Of a DNA stretch of 64,000 bases, positions 1 to 12,323 are shown in pieces; the stretch's first letter is position 1; every line of letters starts with the position of its first letter. The DNA comes from the human T2T-CHM13v2.0 reference genome, Homo sapiens. The stretch lies in assembly GCF_009914755.1 (NCBI RefSeq), contig NC_060926.1; one strand, given 5' to 3'. The position numbers and the translations under genes were made by a program. The notes beneath the pieces are model-generated. The model was not told the origin of the DNA. It was given only the letters and a program-made list of their open reading frames with translations, and did not search any database.

Positions 1-2365
1 TGACATTTAAAATACCTCTTGTAACTATAATGATATCATAAAAAAGAAATCAGGTCTAGGAATCTCAAGTCATTCTACAGGGACCTAAAGAAATTCACAA
101 TATGCAGAATGTTGGCAGCTGGCCAGCACCTCTGAACCTGAGTACTGGTCCTCGCCACAGATGATGGAGGAAGGGGTCCTTTTCCTTAGCCAATGTATAG
201 TATCAAGCTTTCTAAAGAGGTCTTTGAACAGTGCTCATTTTCAACCTGGGGGAAAGCTAGTATTTGAAGAGCGCTGTAGACACGACATATAGTGCCAATA
301 TATACCCAGTCCAGTGTTGAATAAATGCATTGTAAAGGCTTCTTCAAAACAGTGTATAGTTAATATTCTATGCTGCTTAATATTACAGGCATTGAAAATG
401 GTGCCTAGGTAAGTGTTCAGGGGCCACTCTAACTGAAGCCTCTACATTCTTAACAGATTGCTAAAATAGAACTCTTTCTAATTCTGTTTAAGGGGAGACC
501 ACAAAACAATGGGTGTCAGGCACTTCCACATTCCAGAGTGAGAAATCAGACCACCTAAAGACAGCCTGAAAGGCGCTGGCTGAGAACTGGTTTGGGACAC
601 TTAACTGACTGCTCACTTCCTATGTCTAAGAGACTGGGGAGACTGAGAGTGAGCATTTATGGGGAGAGAAACGCTGAAGCGTTCCAAGTCTCACCATGTG
701 AATTGCTTTCCTCTCACCATCAGTCAAGCAAGAGAGGGCGACCACTCAGGGAGCTCGATCTGTGTCTCAGGAACCTGAATGGATACAATAGATAGATGTC
801 TAACTTAAAATCTAAGGGAATCTTCAAGGAGAAAGGCTGAAAGGCTGACAAGTATGGCTGGGAAGTAACTCTCTCCTAAGGATGACTGGCAAAGGTAGAT
901 CAGATGTGGGCCACACAGGTAGAGTTGGCCCAGGGTTGTGTTAGATCCTCCCAAGAAGGCTGCTTCGAGGGGAAGAAATTCCAGCAGAAAGGGGCTGAAG
1001 ATAGACCATTAGATTATCAGGAGCTGACCATGTCAACCTGAGGACATGTATTCTTTCACTTCAAGGAGCTATAGGAGAGAAAGATCAATTTAGGGAGGTG
1101 GGGATGGAGTTGGTTAAAGACCTCAGAAAACCAAAGCATTCCATGAGAGAAAACATCAGCATGCTGCCTGGCTAGAGAAATCAACATCAGATGACCTCAC
1201 TGTCAGGTCATCCTTTTCCAGCACACCATCCCTGGAGGGGTTAAATGAAGCCATGGCTAGTGAGCTGAAGGAAGAGTGAGAAAAACACAAGCTTTGGAAA
1301 TAGGAAAGAAATGAATCATTTGCTCATCTCACTATAAGCTTGCTACTTGGAGCAGACCTAATCCAGGGAAGGGAGAAGCTTCAGCTGAAGATTCACTACA
1401 TGATACTCAAAATTTTTGTCAAATAAACAGTACTGGAGTATTAAATTACAGGCATCACACACACTTAACATCATAATCTGTTCCTGAAAATCAGAAATTC
1501 AGCATCAAAATGTTAACCGAGAGCCTATTTCACATTATGTTAAACAGGAAAAAATTATAATGTATTACACATCAGTCAAAATCCTCAACCAAATTTTCTA
1601 AAATGTAACTATTTTATTTTCCTATTTTTCTATAATTCCCTAAAATGTAACTAAATACACTCATCATTACATCTGTCTCTGTATGTGTGTGCACACATAT
1701 AACAAATGGTTCTGTTGGAATGGAAACACTGCTTCCTGATCACCAAATAATACGGTTGTCAGCCAACAATTGCTTTTTAGGCTGTGATGTCTCTCAGCAT
1801 CAGCAATATCCAAGACACACATCCCTTATGTTGACTCTCAGCAGTTTTAAAAACATCTACATATGAGTCTGACATTCTATAAACTGTATTTGCTATGTAA
1901 CTTGAGACTCTGACTGAAAATGTATTGAAACATATGTACGCTTCATGGAGTTTGGCTATGAAAAATTGAGGCATTCTACCAAACACATATCAACCAGAAA
2001 CACCTGAAACGAAAGAAGCTTGGGGAACTTCTTGAAATAACGACAGTGGCTGCAGAAGTCGTGAGACTTGCCCTGGATTTTATCCAAAAGCAAGGAGCTT
2101 CAGTGAGTGCATTATTAATAGAACGGACAGTGGGGGAAAGAAGTAAGTTGTTTTCCGAGTGTGCCCTAAAAGTCCTGCTTATACAATGCCGGGTTACCCA
2201 TTGTTTACAGAACCAGATTAAACATTCTGCAAATCATTATGCAACATAGGTATCACATAGTCATAATAAACATATTTAAAACCTCATAATCACCGTCTTT
2301 CAATAATGTCACAGAGAATCTCTACGCGATGGACAAATAATCTGAAAATCATGGTGCTCACATGA

Positions 2366-2658
2366 GGCCAGGTGTGGTGGTTCATGCCTGTAATCCCAGC
2401 ACTTTGAGAGGCTGAGGTGGGCAGATCACTTGAGATCAGGAGTTCAAGACCAGCCTGGCCAACATGGCAAAATCCTGTCTCTACTAAAAATACAAAAATT
2501 ATCCGGGTGTGGTGGCATGTGCCTGTAATCCCAGCTACTCAGGAGGCTGAGGCAGGAGAATCGCTTGAACCTGGAGGGGCAGAGGTTGCAGTAAGCCAAG
2601 ATTGTGCCACTGCACTCCAGCCTGGGTGACAGAGTGAGACCCTGTCTCCAAAAAAAAA

Positions 2659-2664
<6 letters not shown>
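2366..2664 (+). mobile_element. Full-length Alu (AluS-type), antisense to RBMS1, intron 4
   Basis: GGCCAGGTGTGGTGG start, TACTAAAAATACAAAAATT linker, right arm, A15 tail. Confidence 0.95.

Positions 2665-2728
<64 letters not shown>
2665..2728. repeat. Compound (TC)n(TA)n microsatellite attached to the Alu tail
   Basis: About 20 TC units followed by about 11 TA units, read directly. Confidence 0.95.
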
Positions 2729-3061
2729 GTCTGTTTATTTTAACTTCTTACTCTGGAGTTTAAGAAAATCTAAAGTAAGTCCAACTCAATGCAAAGTTTT
2801 AAAAATATTAAATGGCAACGGCTACTTAGAAAGGTGATTCCTCTTACTAATTACTGAAATCTTTATGTTGATTCTTTCATTCAAAGTACATCTCTACCCT
2901 ATAGCTTCACACTGGTTTTTCAACATCCTTAAGGTCCTGGGAGGTAACTTATCCGCTTACCAGAGTCCTTTAACTTCTATGAACCTTCTTATGTGTATGT
3001 AAATGCTTCTCAGGGAACAATTACGTGCTACAATTCAAAAGTAGCAGAAGACAGTATAAAA

Positions 3062-3253
3062 TTACTTTCCTCTTTACTTGAAGAAGCCAGATAATATAAA
3101 AGTATTGCTCTTTTAAAAAGAATACTCAAAAGATCAAACTGCTGAGTTTCAGGCTTGTTACTTTCCTCTTTACTTGAAGAAGCCAGATAATATAAAAGTA
3201 TTGCTCTTTTAAAAAGAATACTCAAAAGATCAAACTGCTGAGTTTCAGGCTTG
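3062..3253. repeat. Perfect 96-bp tandem duplication (3062-3157 = 3158-3253)
   Basis: TTACTTTCCTCTTTACTTGAAG...GAGTTTCAGGCTTG occurs twice head to tail; I saw no mismatch. Confidence 0.95.
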
Positions 3254-4626
3254 AAAATATTTTCTGTAGCAACTGAAGAACTCAGGTTTTAAAAAATTTA
3301 ATTAATTACACAGATGTCTTAATAACTGCACTGTAGTCAGTAGGTATTATGATGTAATGCAAAATTACATTTGGGTAATAAAGACTGGGACATAAATATC
3401 AGTTTATTCAACAGAGACTCCTAAATGTGTTTGGTGCATAATGGAATGTGTATTATAGAATGTAAGCACTTAAGAGATGCATGTCATTCCAAGTGTGACT
3501 CTCCTTGTTGAGCCTTAGCTCTTTTAATAAAAAGGCCATGCCCGTTTGAAAGTGGGGTTGGGGGGAGATGCACAAGACAATCTAAGGTCCCTCCAGCTTT
3601 AGAATTATGACTGCACCTGAACTAGGGATTTAGATCATGTAAGGCCAACTTTTTCAAGGCCATCAAGTCTATCTAAGGCATCATTACTTTTGGAAGAGGG
3701 TCTGAGCATCTTAAACTAACTTTCAGGATGAACCTAATGCAAAGAGAAGGACACAATGACTGGCTGATCAACTCCATTTACATCCAGAAACTGTGATATT
3801 CTAAGTCAAAACCGTAGAGGGAAACTACCATAATATGAAAGTTTTCAAGAAAAAAAAAATGTACCTTATCATAATTAACATCCATGTGTACTGTGCTAAA
3901 ATATATATTAAGCATGAAACATGGTCTCCCATTTTATAATCCCCTAACATTCAAGCAAGTTACTCACTTGAAGAAATTTTCAACAATATTGCTCATCTAA
4001 AATATGCTAAAAGTTCATCAGAAATAAATTTTGAATAAAGTCATTATAGAACTACTAAAAAGTAGATTTATATACCATTAATAATCAATACCTAAAAATG
4101 TCTCACTATTGCACAGTAAAAATAGCATCTGTAGCCCACATGTGCATTAAAACTACTTGTTTTATTATTTGTATAATGTATGTGCCAGTTATATATATTT
4201 TTGAAATAGAATATGCTATATGCTATACATAATTATCTTTTGAAACATGTCTAGAAGTGTATTCATTCCCTGGGCATTGACATTTAAATTTAAAAAAAAA
4301 AAAAAACAGTACAGATCTTAAAGACTCACAAATACCTGATTACCTGAGAAAATATGCTGCTATTTCTCAATTTACTTATGGGGTTACATAATTTACTATG
4401 TAAATTTTATATATTTATAAATCCTCCTTCATAGATTAAGTTACAAGGAACAGTCCTTTGCACAATAGTGACTGTGGAGGCTGCGGAGGCACAGGACAAG
4501 TGTCCAGAAGGCGCTGTGCTGAGTGGGATGAAGGGGAGATTACAGATGCAGATAGAAAAAGCAGACCTGTCGGGCTTCACAACCAAAGCTGTGGAACAGA
4601 GAAGCAATTGCTGGCTCTCAACTCAC

Positions 4627-4718
4627 CTTTGCCATTTGAGCTTGAACCCCACTGGCCTTCAGGGCAGACACAGCTTTTTGAGCTGCTGCAGGGCTGTCAA
4701 AGTCGACAAAACCATAAC
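4627..4718 (-). CDS. RBMS1: RBMS1 coding exon 4 (92 nt): (G)[30 protein letters not shown], includes most of RNP1 KGYGFVDF
   Basis: Acceptor tttttgcatttcag|GTTATG and donor GCAAAG|gtgagt; ends in phase 0. Confidence 0.96.
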
Positions 4719-5909
4719 CTGAAATGCAAAAACACACTTAGTATTTAAGCCATTATTCTGTGGTTAGGTAAAAGGGTAAAAGAACAGCTCTACTTTGTTT
4801 CTGGTGTGGGCAAGAGACATGAAAATGTCCTGAGGGAGCTCAGGCGTTAACAGCTGCAGGCCAGTGGCCTCCTGGGCCCTTCTTCCCTGTCGTCTATCAC
4901 CAGACAGACAAGCCTCCCTTCAGAGGGAGTTGGGGGAGTAAAGAACCAGCGTTTCCCTATTCAAGATCTTACGTGTCTTGTATTTACTGGTGGGGGGGAG
5001 ACATCTAAGTTGCCAACCAAGTTTAAAAAAAAGAAATTTAAAAAAAAAGGAAGAAAAAAAATAATCAACTTCAGGGAAATAGCATTTTAATGATTCGGTA
5101 AGAAAGATGGAGCCATCCTACAGAGTTTACAAATGACAGAAACAAAAATTATGTTTATTTTGTAGATAAACTTGTATTTTTAAAAATTTGAATAAGTACA
5201 ACTATTAGACACCCCCAATATAAAATAATCTAAAGTTTAGTACTCAGTTAAAGATATCATATTTATTTTCTTAAAATACAGCTCATCACACCCCTTCAAA
5301 ATAAAGAAGAGCTGGGGAAAATGCCTCAAGACACCTAAAATATGTTTTGGCAGTTCATGTTCTAAAGTCTAAAAACAAAACATAACAAAACAAACACATA
5401 ACCTCCTTAGAGATGCTCTGGTTCAAAGTTTCCTTATCCATAGCTTTACAAACATTTTTAATGAGCTGGTCATCTGTCTTCCCAGGCCACAACAAGTCAA
5501 AAGCAGAAAATTAGGGGAAAAGGGGGGCTGGGGTGATGGCAGGTCTGCTACAAAGTAAGTATATGAATGGCATCTAACAGTCAAAACTACTAACAAGCAA
5601 TAAAAGAGAAAAACTATGCAAAGAATAGGACTTACACAGCATAAGCACTAACAGCCTCATGAATCTCAACAGATCCCATGAGTATCACCGTATCAAAATA
5701 GAGAATCACAGACTTTTCACTGTGATAATTCTTAAGTTATTGAGAAAAGGGTCAAGTTATATTTAGTAGACTAACGAAACGGTACCAGGCAAAATACCAG
5801 AGCCTTCCATGGAACTCAAACTAATTGTAAATGAATAAGAATACTTTGCAAAAGAAAAGCATCATTGGAAGGTTGTTTAGAAGAGGAGCTAGCCCTATCA
5901 TTTACTTAC

Positions 5910-5970
5910 AGAAATATTACTAAGTAATATTTCTATCTAAATTAGTAGTAATTTAGATAGTATGATACTA
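5910..5970. repeat. Three overlapping short inverted repeats
   Basis: AGAAATATTAC-taa-GTAATATTTCT (5910-5934); CTATCTAAATTA-gtag-TAATTTAGATAG (5933-5960); TAGTAT-g-ATACTA (5958-5970). Confidence 0.9.
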
Positions 5971-8900
5971 GTGACAAAATCAACATCAATAAAGTCAAAC
6001 AGAAAGCTCAGAAACAGCCCAAAGTCAGTTTTGCAGTATTAGTACCAAAAATATTGCCTGGTAACGAAATAAGTTATAATGAGATGGAGCAGACTATTGA
6101 CTACAGAAATAGATGTTTCAGGAGAGATGAATGTTAAAGCTGAAACAAGAAGCGGCTTCCTTATATATTACTTGGAATTGGGCTGAAATAAGGCTTAATT
6201 TGATTTAGACAGTAGAGAAATAGCCAGGCTGGAGAGCAAAAGGAAGAGGTTGATCTAGGTAAAACAAAGAATGATACTCAACTACCAGGTTAGAAATAAG
6301 GTTAAACATATCTTGGATGTTTTTTTAGACATCTGTTGTCCATGCTAACACGCAACAAAGCTCTGTGGATACACACACAGGCATGTACATGCACAAACTC
6401 TCTCTCTCTCATACAGTTTCAGCAGGTCATAAATGAGAACCCAGCTACAATGAAATGATACAGCTTTTACTGATGGATATTTAAGTTTTTTCCTTCAATT
6501 TTGCTATTGTCAACAAATTACAGTAAACAGAAGATCTCAATTTTGATGTTATTGTATTTGAAGTTACTATCAACTCAGGTAATATTTGCATTCTGTTATC
6601 TGTTATTTTCTTATAGAGAAATCCATAATGCCTGCATTTTAGTTAACTGTTTACATCCTTTTCTGGCCTTTCCCAATGCCTACCACACTATGGCTGTTTT
6701 ATAACCATTTGCTGAAGACAAACATAATAGTTAAGTATGCAACCTTGTGCTCTTTCATGCTGTCTATCTGTATTACTTTCAAGTAAATAGAAGACAATAT
6801 AAAATTTGAGTTATACAGACTCTATGGATTTGATTATATAAATAGGTGTAAAGACGTTTTTGAAGGCAGGGTTCACTAAATAACATGGCATCCTCTCACT
6901 GAGGCTTCCCAGGAGAATTCCTCTCAGGTTTCAGGACCAGGAATAGTTATGTTACTCCTGCTCTCCTCTCACATTGTGATGACTGAATCATGGGGCGAGC
7001 TATGTTTTCTATTTTTGCCTTGGCCAGCAGGAAACACAGGGACATTTGGTAATAACTTAAAGCTGCCTGCTTTTACCCTTATTTTTCCTGTTAGTCTAAT
7101 TCATCCTGAAACTATTTTTGCTAATGTGTATAAGTATTCTGGTCTTACATGCACTTCTGTAAGTATAAATAATGAATCAATCAATTTCATAACCAATCTT
7201 TTGTGAGCTTTTCTTTTTGTCCTGAACTGACATATTTACCAGCATTGGAGGGCTTATAAATGCCTTTTGTTGGCTAAACTTTGAGAGAAACTGAAATGTA
7301 AAATAGCAACTGAATTGTGAATTTTAAAATTTAATAACTTAGGTACATGTTATTCTAATGTTTCCTTCAGCTTAATTCTCTTGAAAATACATGTTCCAAA
7401 AATATGTTTTGTGGCAAAAAATGTTCTGTAACCCTCTAAGATCTCTCATTCCCATATATAAAGTCCTTTGATCTGCTTAATTTCAAAAAATTAGTATATA
7501 ACACAAGTACCTTTCATTTATATTAATATTCTATAATCTTTTATGCATTTATTTATTTATATTCATTTATCAATCAGTCATCTATATGCCTATCTATCTA
7601 CCTATCACGTCAAGTTATCTTGGGTAACATGTTATCTAACTTTATCATGAGTTAAGTGTTATTTCTTCTCATTTGTCCTGAAATTACTTTTTTCTTGCTT
7701 CTAGGATTTTATAAACCCACTCTTACCCTCTCCACTCACTCACTCACCCACCGTCTCAACCCACCAGATATCTGTTGACACCTATTGCTGGGAGGCTTGT
7801 GTGAAGCAGAGAGCCCTGGAAGGTTTCTATTACTGCCCACACACCCAAAAGCAGTGTCTCCCAAAAACCACTTTAAAGGAAGGTCTCCAGGAGACTTCTT
7901 GTATCTAAAATAAGTTCTGAATTAGTCCTACCCTTAGAAGTCCATAAATCTCTCTACTATGGACCCTTACCAACTGTTAAGGGTTTGTATTGTGACAACA
8001 TGTTAGATTTAGCATTAGTTTATTTTTTACCCATACCTTTTCTAGATCACGTAGAGCACTTTGAGGAATTTTGGCTTCTATGGAATAGGTTGCTTTTGGA
8101 GCAGAGTGTAAAATAGTGTGGTTTTCAGTTCAGGGATGTGGTGAAGCATTCAACCTCTGGGTCCTTTCTTTTACTTAAATTAGGGCAGCTCTGCTTTTTA
8201 ACACACTGAGCCGACATTAAGATTTCTTTTGGGGTGGGGAAGAAAAAGAGAGGAGGTAGGGTATGGATAAAACCACTTGTCTACTCTGATTTCTCTCTAG
8301 TTTCAAAGTGATGTTGGTGATCAGCCTCCTATTTTTATTCCTGCAAGAGTCTATTTTTCTTTATAAAACCAAAAGATTTTTTTTCTGTGTCTCTGCTCTC
8401 CCAAATCATTTATAAATGTTAAATAAGACTAACCTTGGAAACTAAGTATATGCATTTCAGTCTATAATTTGACTCTCTCTAGTTTAATTCATTTAAAATA
8501 TTTATTGGGTACCACTCTACATAAAGCACGCTCTATTCACTGTCCCAAGGCAAAATTGCCTTAATGTGCCATGTTGATTAAACATGAGCTTAGCTATTTG
8601 CTACAATAGCTCCTTTAAATTTAGGCACTTTGAAGAAGAGACAGAAATACAATGAACCACTTCAAGTCTAGATTAAAGGAAATGCTTGGCTTATAAGGAG
8701 AGGCCCCTACCATAGGGTTCATTTATGTTCTCTGCCTTTTTCAGATTGTGCTAAGCCACTGCCCCGTCACCACTACTTGAAAAACTGGGGTCTAATTAAC
8801 GAGGAGATTTGCCTTCTCTGCCTATTCCTGTCAACTTATTTCAATTCATGGGGTCAGTAGTTAGATTCAAAGTCAGCTGACTCTATTCTTCCCTTTTCCT

Positions 8901-9639
8901 AGAAATCACATGCCTATTGTTAAGATGCTGGATCATTAAAAGTCAGAACCACAGAGCATCAGTGCTGCCTACTGTAGACGCCTCCTCTTCCAGCTCATGG
9001 GGCTGGATGAGCTCATCCTCATTACATGGAAAACTGAAGGTCAGTGCATCAAATTAATGCAGCAGCATATTTCAAAGGGGCGCATGACCTCCCCTCCCTA
9101 TTACAATTTGGTCAGTGAAAATGGTTGTCTCCTCCCTGCTGCCAATATTGTCAACAGGCATTCAGCAGAGAACAATTGGGAGTACTGAAACATGTAATTA
9201 AGTACTGCTTAAAACTACTCTATTCTAATTAATAGAGCCAATTTGCACAATATGTAATCTTTTCAGTTCTTTAGTACAGTCCAATGGTCTTCAGTAAGCA
9301 GCTCTAATCTCCTCAGGCTCAGGAAAGAAAAGCTATTTTCTAACTCTACTCCCCTTTTAAAAGCAAGGGCTAAATGCCAACCCGTATTTTGCATGTTAAC
9401 TCTACTGGCGTCAAATCTGGAATTCTGGCAAACTGCTAGCTGCTGTTGGGTTTGTAGCCAAAACCCAACCAGGGACAAATGTAAGTAATATGCTGACACT
9501 GTGCAAGACAGAAACTGGGTGATATATAAGATCTGGTTTTTAATAAAACGAAGGTGGTTTTGAAACCAAAGATCAGGTTTTAAATTCCATCATTTTTCTA
9601 AAGCTATCATTTACCAAATAACCAGCCAAGAAAACATAC

Positions 9640-9698
9640 CTTTGCATTTGTTCGTTGTCTTATCCAAAATTGCCTTTGTGGAGACTATTTTCCCATAT
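9640..9698 (-). CDS. RBMS1: RBMS1 coding exon 3 (59 nt): (P)[19 protein letters not shown](G)
   Basis: Acceptor T22-ag|ATATGG and donor CAAAG|gtatgt; joins exon 2 (CC+A=Pro) and exon 4 (G+GT=Gly) in frame. Confidence 0.96.
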
Positions 9699-9700
9699 CT

Positions 9701-9750
9701 AAAAAAAAAAAAAAAAAAAAAAGGAAAAAAAGAAAAGAAAGAAAAAGAAG
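9701..9750 (-). promoter_or_regulatory. 50-nt uninterrupted polypyrimidine tract (ending in T22) of the exon 3 acceptor
   Basis: Plus strand A22 GG A7 G A4 G A3 G A5 GAAG directly adjoins the CT (AG) at 9699-9700. Confidence 0.9.
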
Positions 9751-10686
9751 TTATAAGGAACCCTTATTAATGCCTAAATCCAAAGAACACACATTCTTTT
9801 CAAACATCTGCAAACTTTTGAGTACAAAATTTTCTTTACTAAGAGACAGGAAATGAGAATTCTGAACTCAAAACTGAAAAAAAGGGAATGGCTAGGCCTC
9901 TTGTTTGAATTGTGGGATTGCAGTTTGAAGTTCAACTCTGAAGAAATCAAGTACTTACCTGACAATCTTAGGACAGAAACATGGGATGTGGGCTCTATAC
10001 CAAATATTTTCTTCTAATAACAGTATATCAGTGGTAAAATACAAAGCCAAATGCAAGGTTATAGAATTCTAACAGGAAAGTACTGTCCTATGATCCATAC
10101 AGCTTTTATGAAATAGTAACAGCGGAAAGCTGCTTGCATTATTCTATTCATTTTGGTTCTGTGGACACCATTGCAAGGCTCCATATCGCCACAGAAGGGC
10201 AGGTGTGTGCGCATGTTTATGTTTAGCACACTTAATGGTGTCAAACAGATCCTTTTTACTGAGGACTTTTATAACTGTTCATAAATACACTTATTTACAC
10301 CACTTGTAACTCAGTAATAATAATTATACAGTAAACTCACTTTGTGTGCATGCACATGTGTCTAAGAAACGGACAATCAAGAATATAATGAAGAAGAATA
10401 TAAGAATTAATCAGGGATTAATCATTAATTTTATGAAGTTTCTATGAGAAATATGTTCAAATTCCTTTATGTGCCATAGATGCTGGGGAATATAGGAAAA
10501 ATTAAGAACATTAAAATTTAGCATACTGCTACTGAAAACGAAGCGACAGTATAATGTAAATATGAACCGAACCCCACACTCTCTCCATAGTGGCCATACT
10601 ATAAGGAAAAGCACTGTTATCTATGCTTGCCTTCTAAAAATTGAGGAAAAAAAGTTTTGAAAGATAACTTTTAAAATTGTTTCTTA

Positions 10687-11031
<345 letters not shown>

Positions 11032-11601
11032 TTAACTTACTCGATGCATCTGAGTCTCACGTTTCCTCATTTACAGTCTACTTTCCTAGACATTAACTTC
11101 AAAAATTCCACATTTGCTCTACTTTAATTTTCTCATGAATGATTTTGAGGACAAAAAGCATATTAAAATTTTTAGGAAATGGAAGTATTTTGTAGCATTT
11201 TAAACCATTGTGAATATTACACACTTGTATTTTATGCACTGAAACAAGCTGAAATATATTTATCTAGAAGAAAAAAAAATGGCTTGAGCCACTTCTCTCC
11301 TTCAGTTAATCTTCCTTATGTTCACTCTGTGTAATTACGTAATCAAATGATTACTAACTAGGCATGAAAGTAAAGATAATTTCAGGTTCAAATGACAATT
11401 ACATCTAAGAGGCATAATGCTGCACAAACACCTTCAATTCCCTGTTGAGATTCTGAGCATTTTAACAATATTAACACAGATCACTAGGCTTACAAAGAAA
11501 TAATCTATAAAAATCTACAAATGAGAAAAAAATAAGTGATCTAAAGACAACCTTTCAGCAACCATCTATCTACCTAGGTTACATGCTTGATATTTACCAG
11601 C

Positions 11602-12323
11602 TCCTATCGTTTGAATATTTCACCCATCCAAATCTCATGTTGGAATATGATTCCCAGCTGAGCATGGTGGCTCATGCCTGTAATACCAGCACTTTGGAAG
11701 GCCAAAGCCGGCGGATGGCTTGAGCCCTAGAGTTCGAGACCAGGCTGGGCAACACGGCAAAACCCCGTCTCTACCCTCCCAAAGCACAAAAATTGTCTGG
11801 GCATGGTGGTGCGGGGCCTATTGTCCCTGCTACTTAGGAGGCTGAGGTGGGAGGGTCGCTTTAGCCTGGGAGGCAGAGGTTGCAGTGAGCCATGATCTCG
11901 TCACTGCACTCCAGTCTGGGTGACAGAGTGAGACCATGTCTCAAAACAAAACAAAAACTCCCAATGTTGGAGATCAGGCTTAATGAGAGGTGTCTGGGTT
12001 GTGGGGGTGGATCCCTCATGAATAGCTTGGTGCCATCCTTGTGGTAGTGAGTTCTTGCTCTATTAGTTCTGGTGAGAACTGGTTGTGCAAAGAGCCTGGT
12101 ACCTCCTCCTCTGTTTTCTTTCTCTATGTGATCTCTGCACACACCTTCTCCCCTTTGCCTTCTGCCAGGAGTGGAAGCTTCCTGAGGCCCTCAACAAGCA
12201 GCAAGCGCTGATGCTGTGCTTCTTGTACAACCGGCAGAACTACGAACCAAATAAACCTTTTCTTTTAACAAACTACCTAGCATAAGTATTCCTTTACAGG
12301 AACACGAAAAATGGACAAAGGCA
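11602..12323 (+). mobile_element. MaLR solo LTR (MSTB-like), interrupted by an Alu
   Basis: CTATCGTTTGAATATT...CCAAATCTCATGTTG start; resumes CCCAATGTTGGAG...GGATCCCTCATGAATAGCTTGGTGCC; ends AATAAACC...GGACAAAGGCA; flanks CCAGC/CCAGG. Confidence 0.85.
11656..11957 (+). mobile_element. AluJ-type element nested in the MST LTR
   Basis: GGATGGCTTGAGCCC, GGTGGGAGGGTCGCTT and other J-type positions; (CAAAA)n tail. Confidence 0.9.

Noticed and set aside
4436-4490. Peptide PPQSLLCK resembling RBMS1's own PTEPLLCK (duplicated exon relic?)
   Set aside because: Similarity is limited to about 5 residues and is compatible with chance.
9058-9152. GCAGCAGCATATT...CTGCTGCCAATATTG, reminiscent of miR-15/16/195
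   Set aside because: No full mature miRNA match; only about 6 bp of complementarity, so no pre-miRNA stem.
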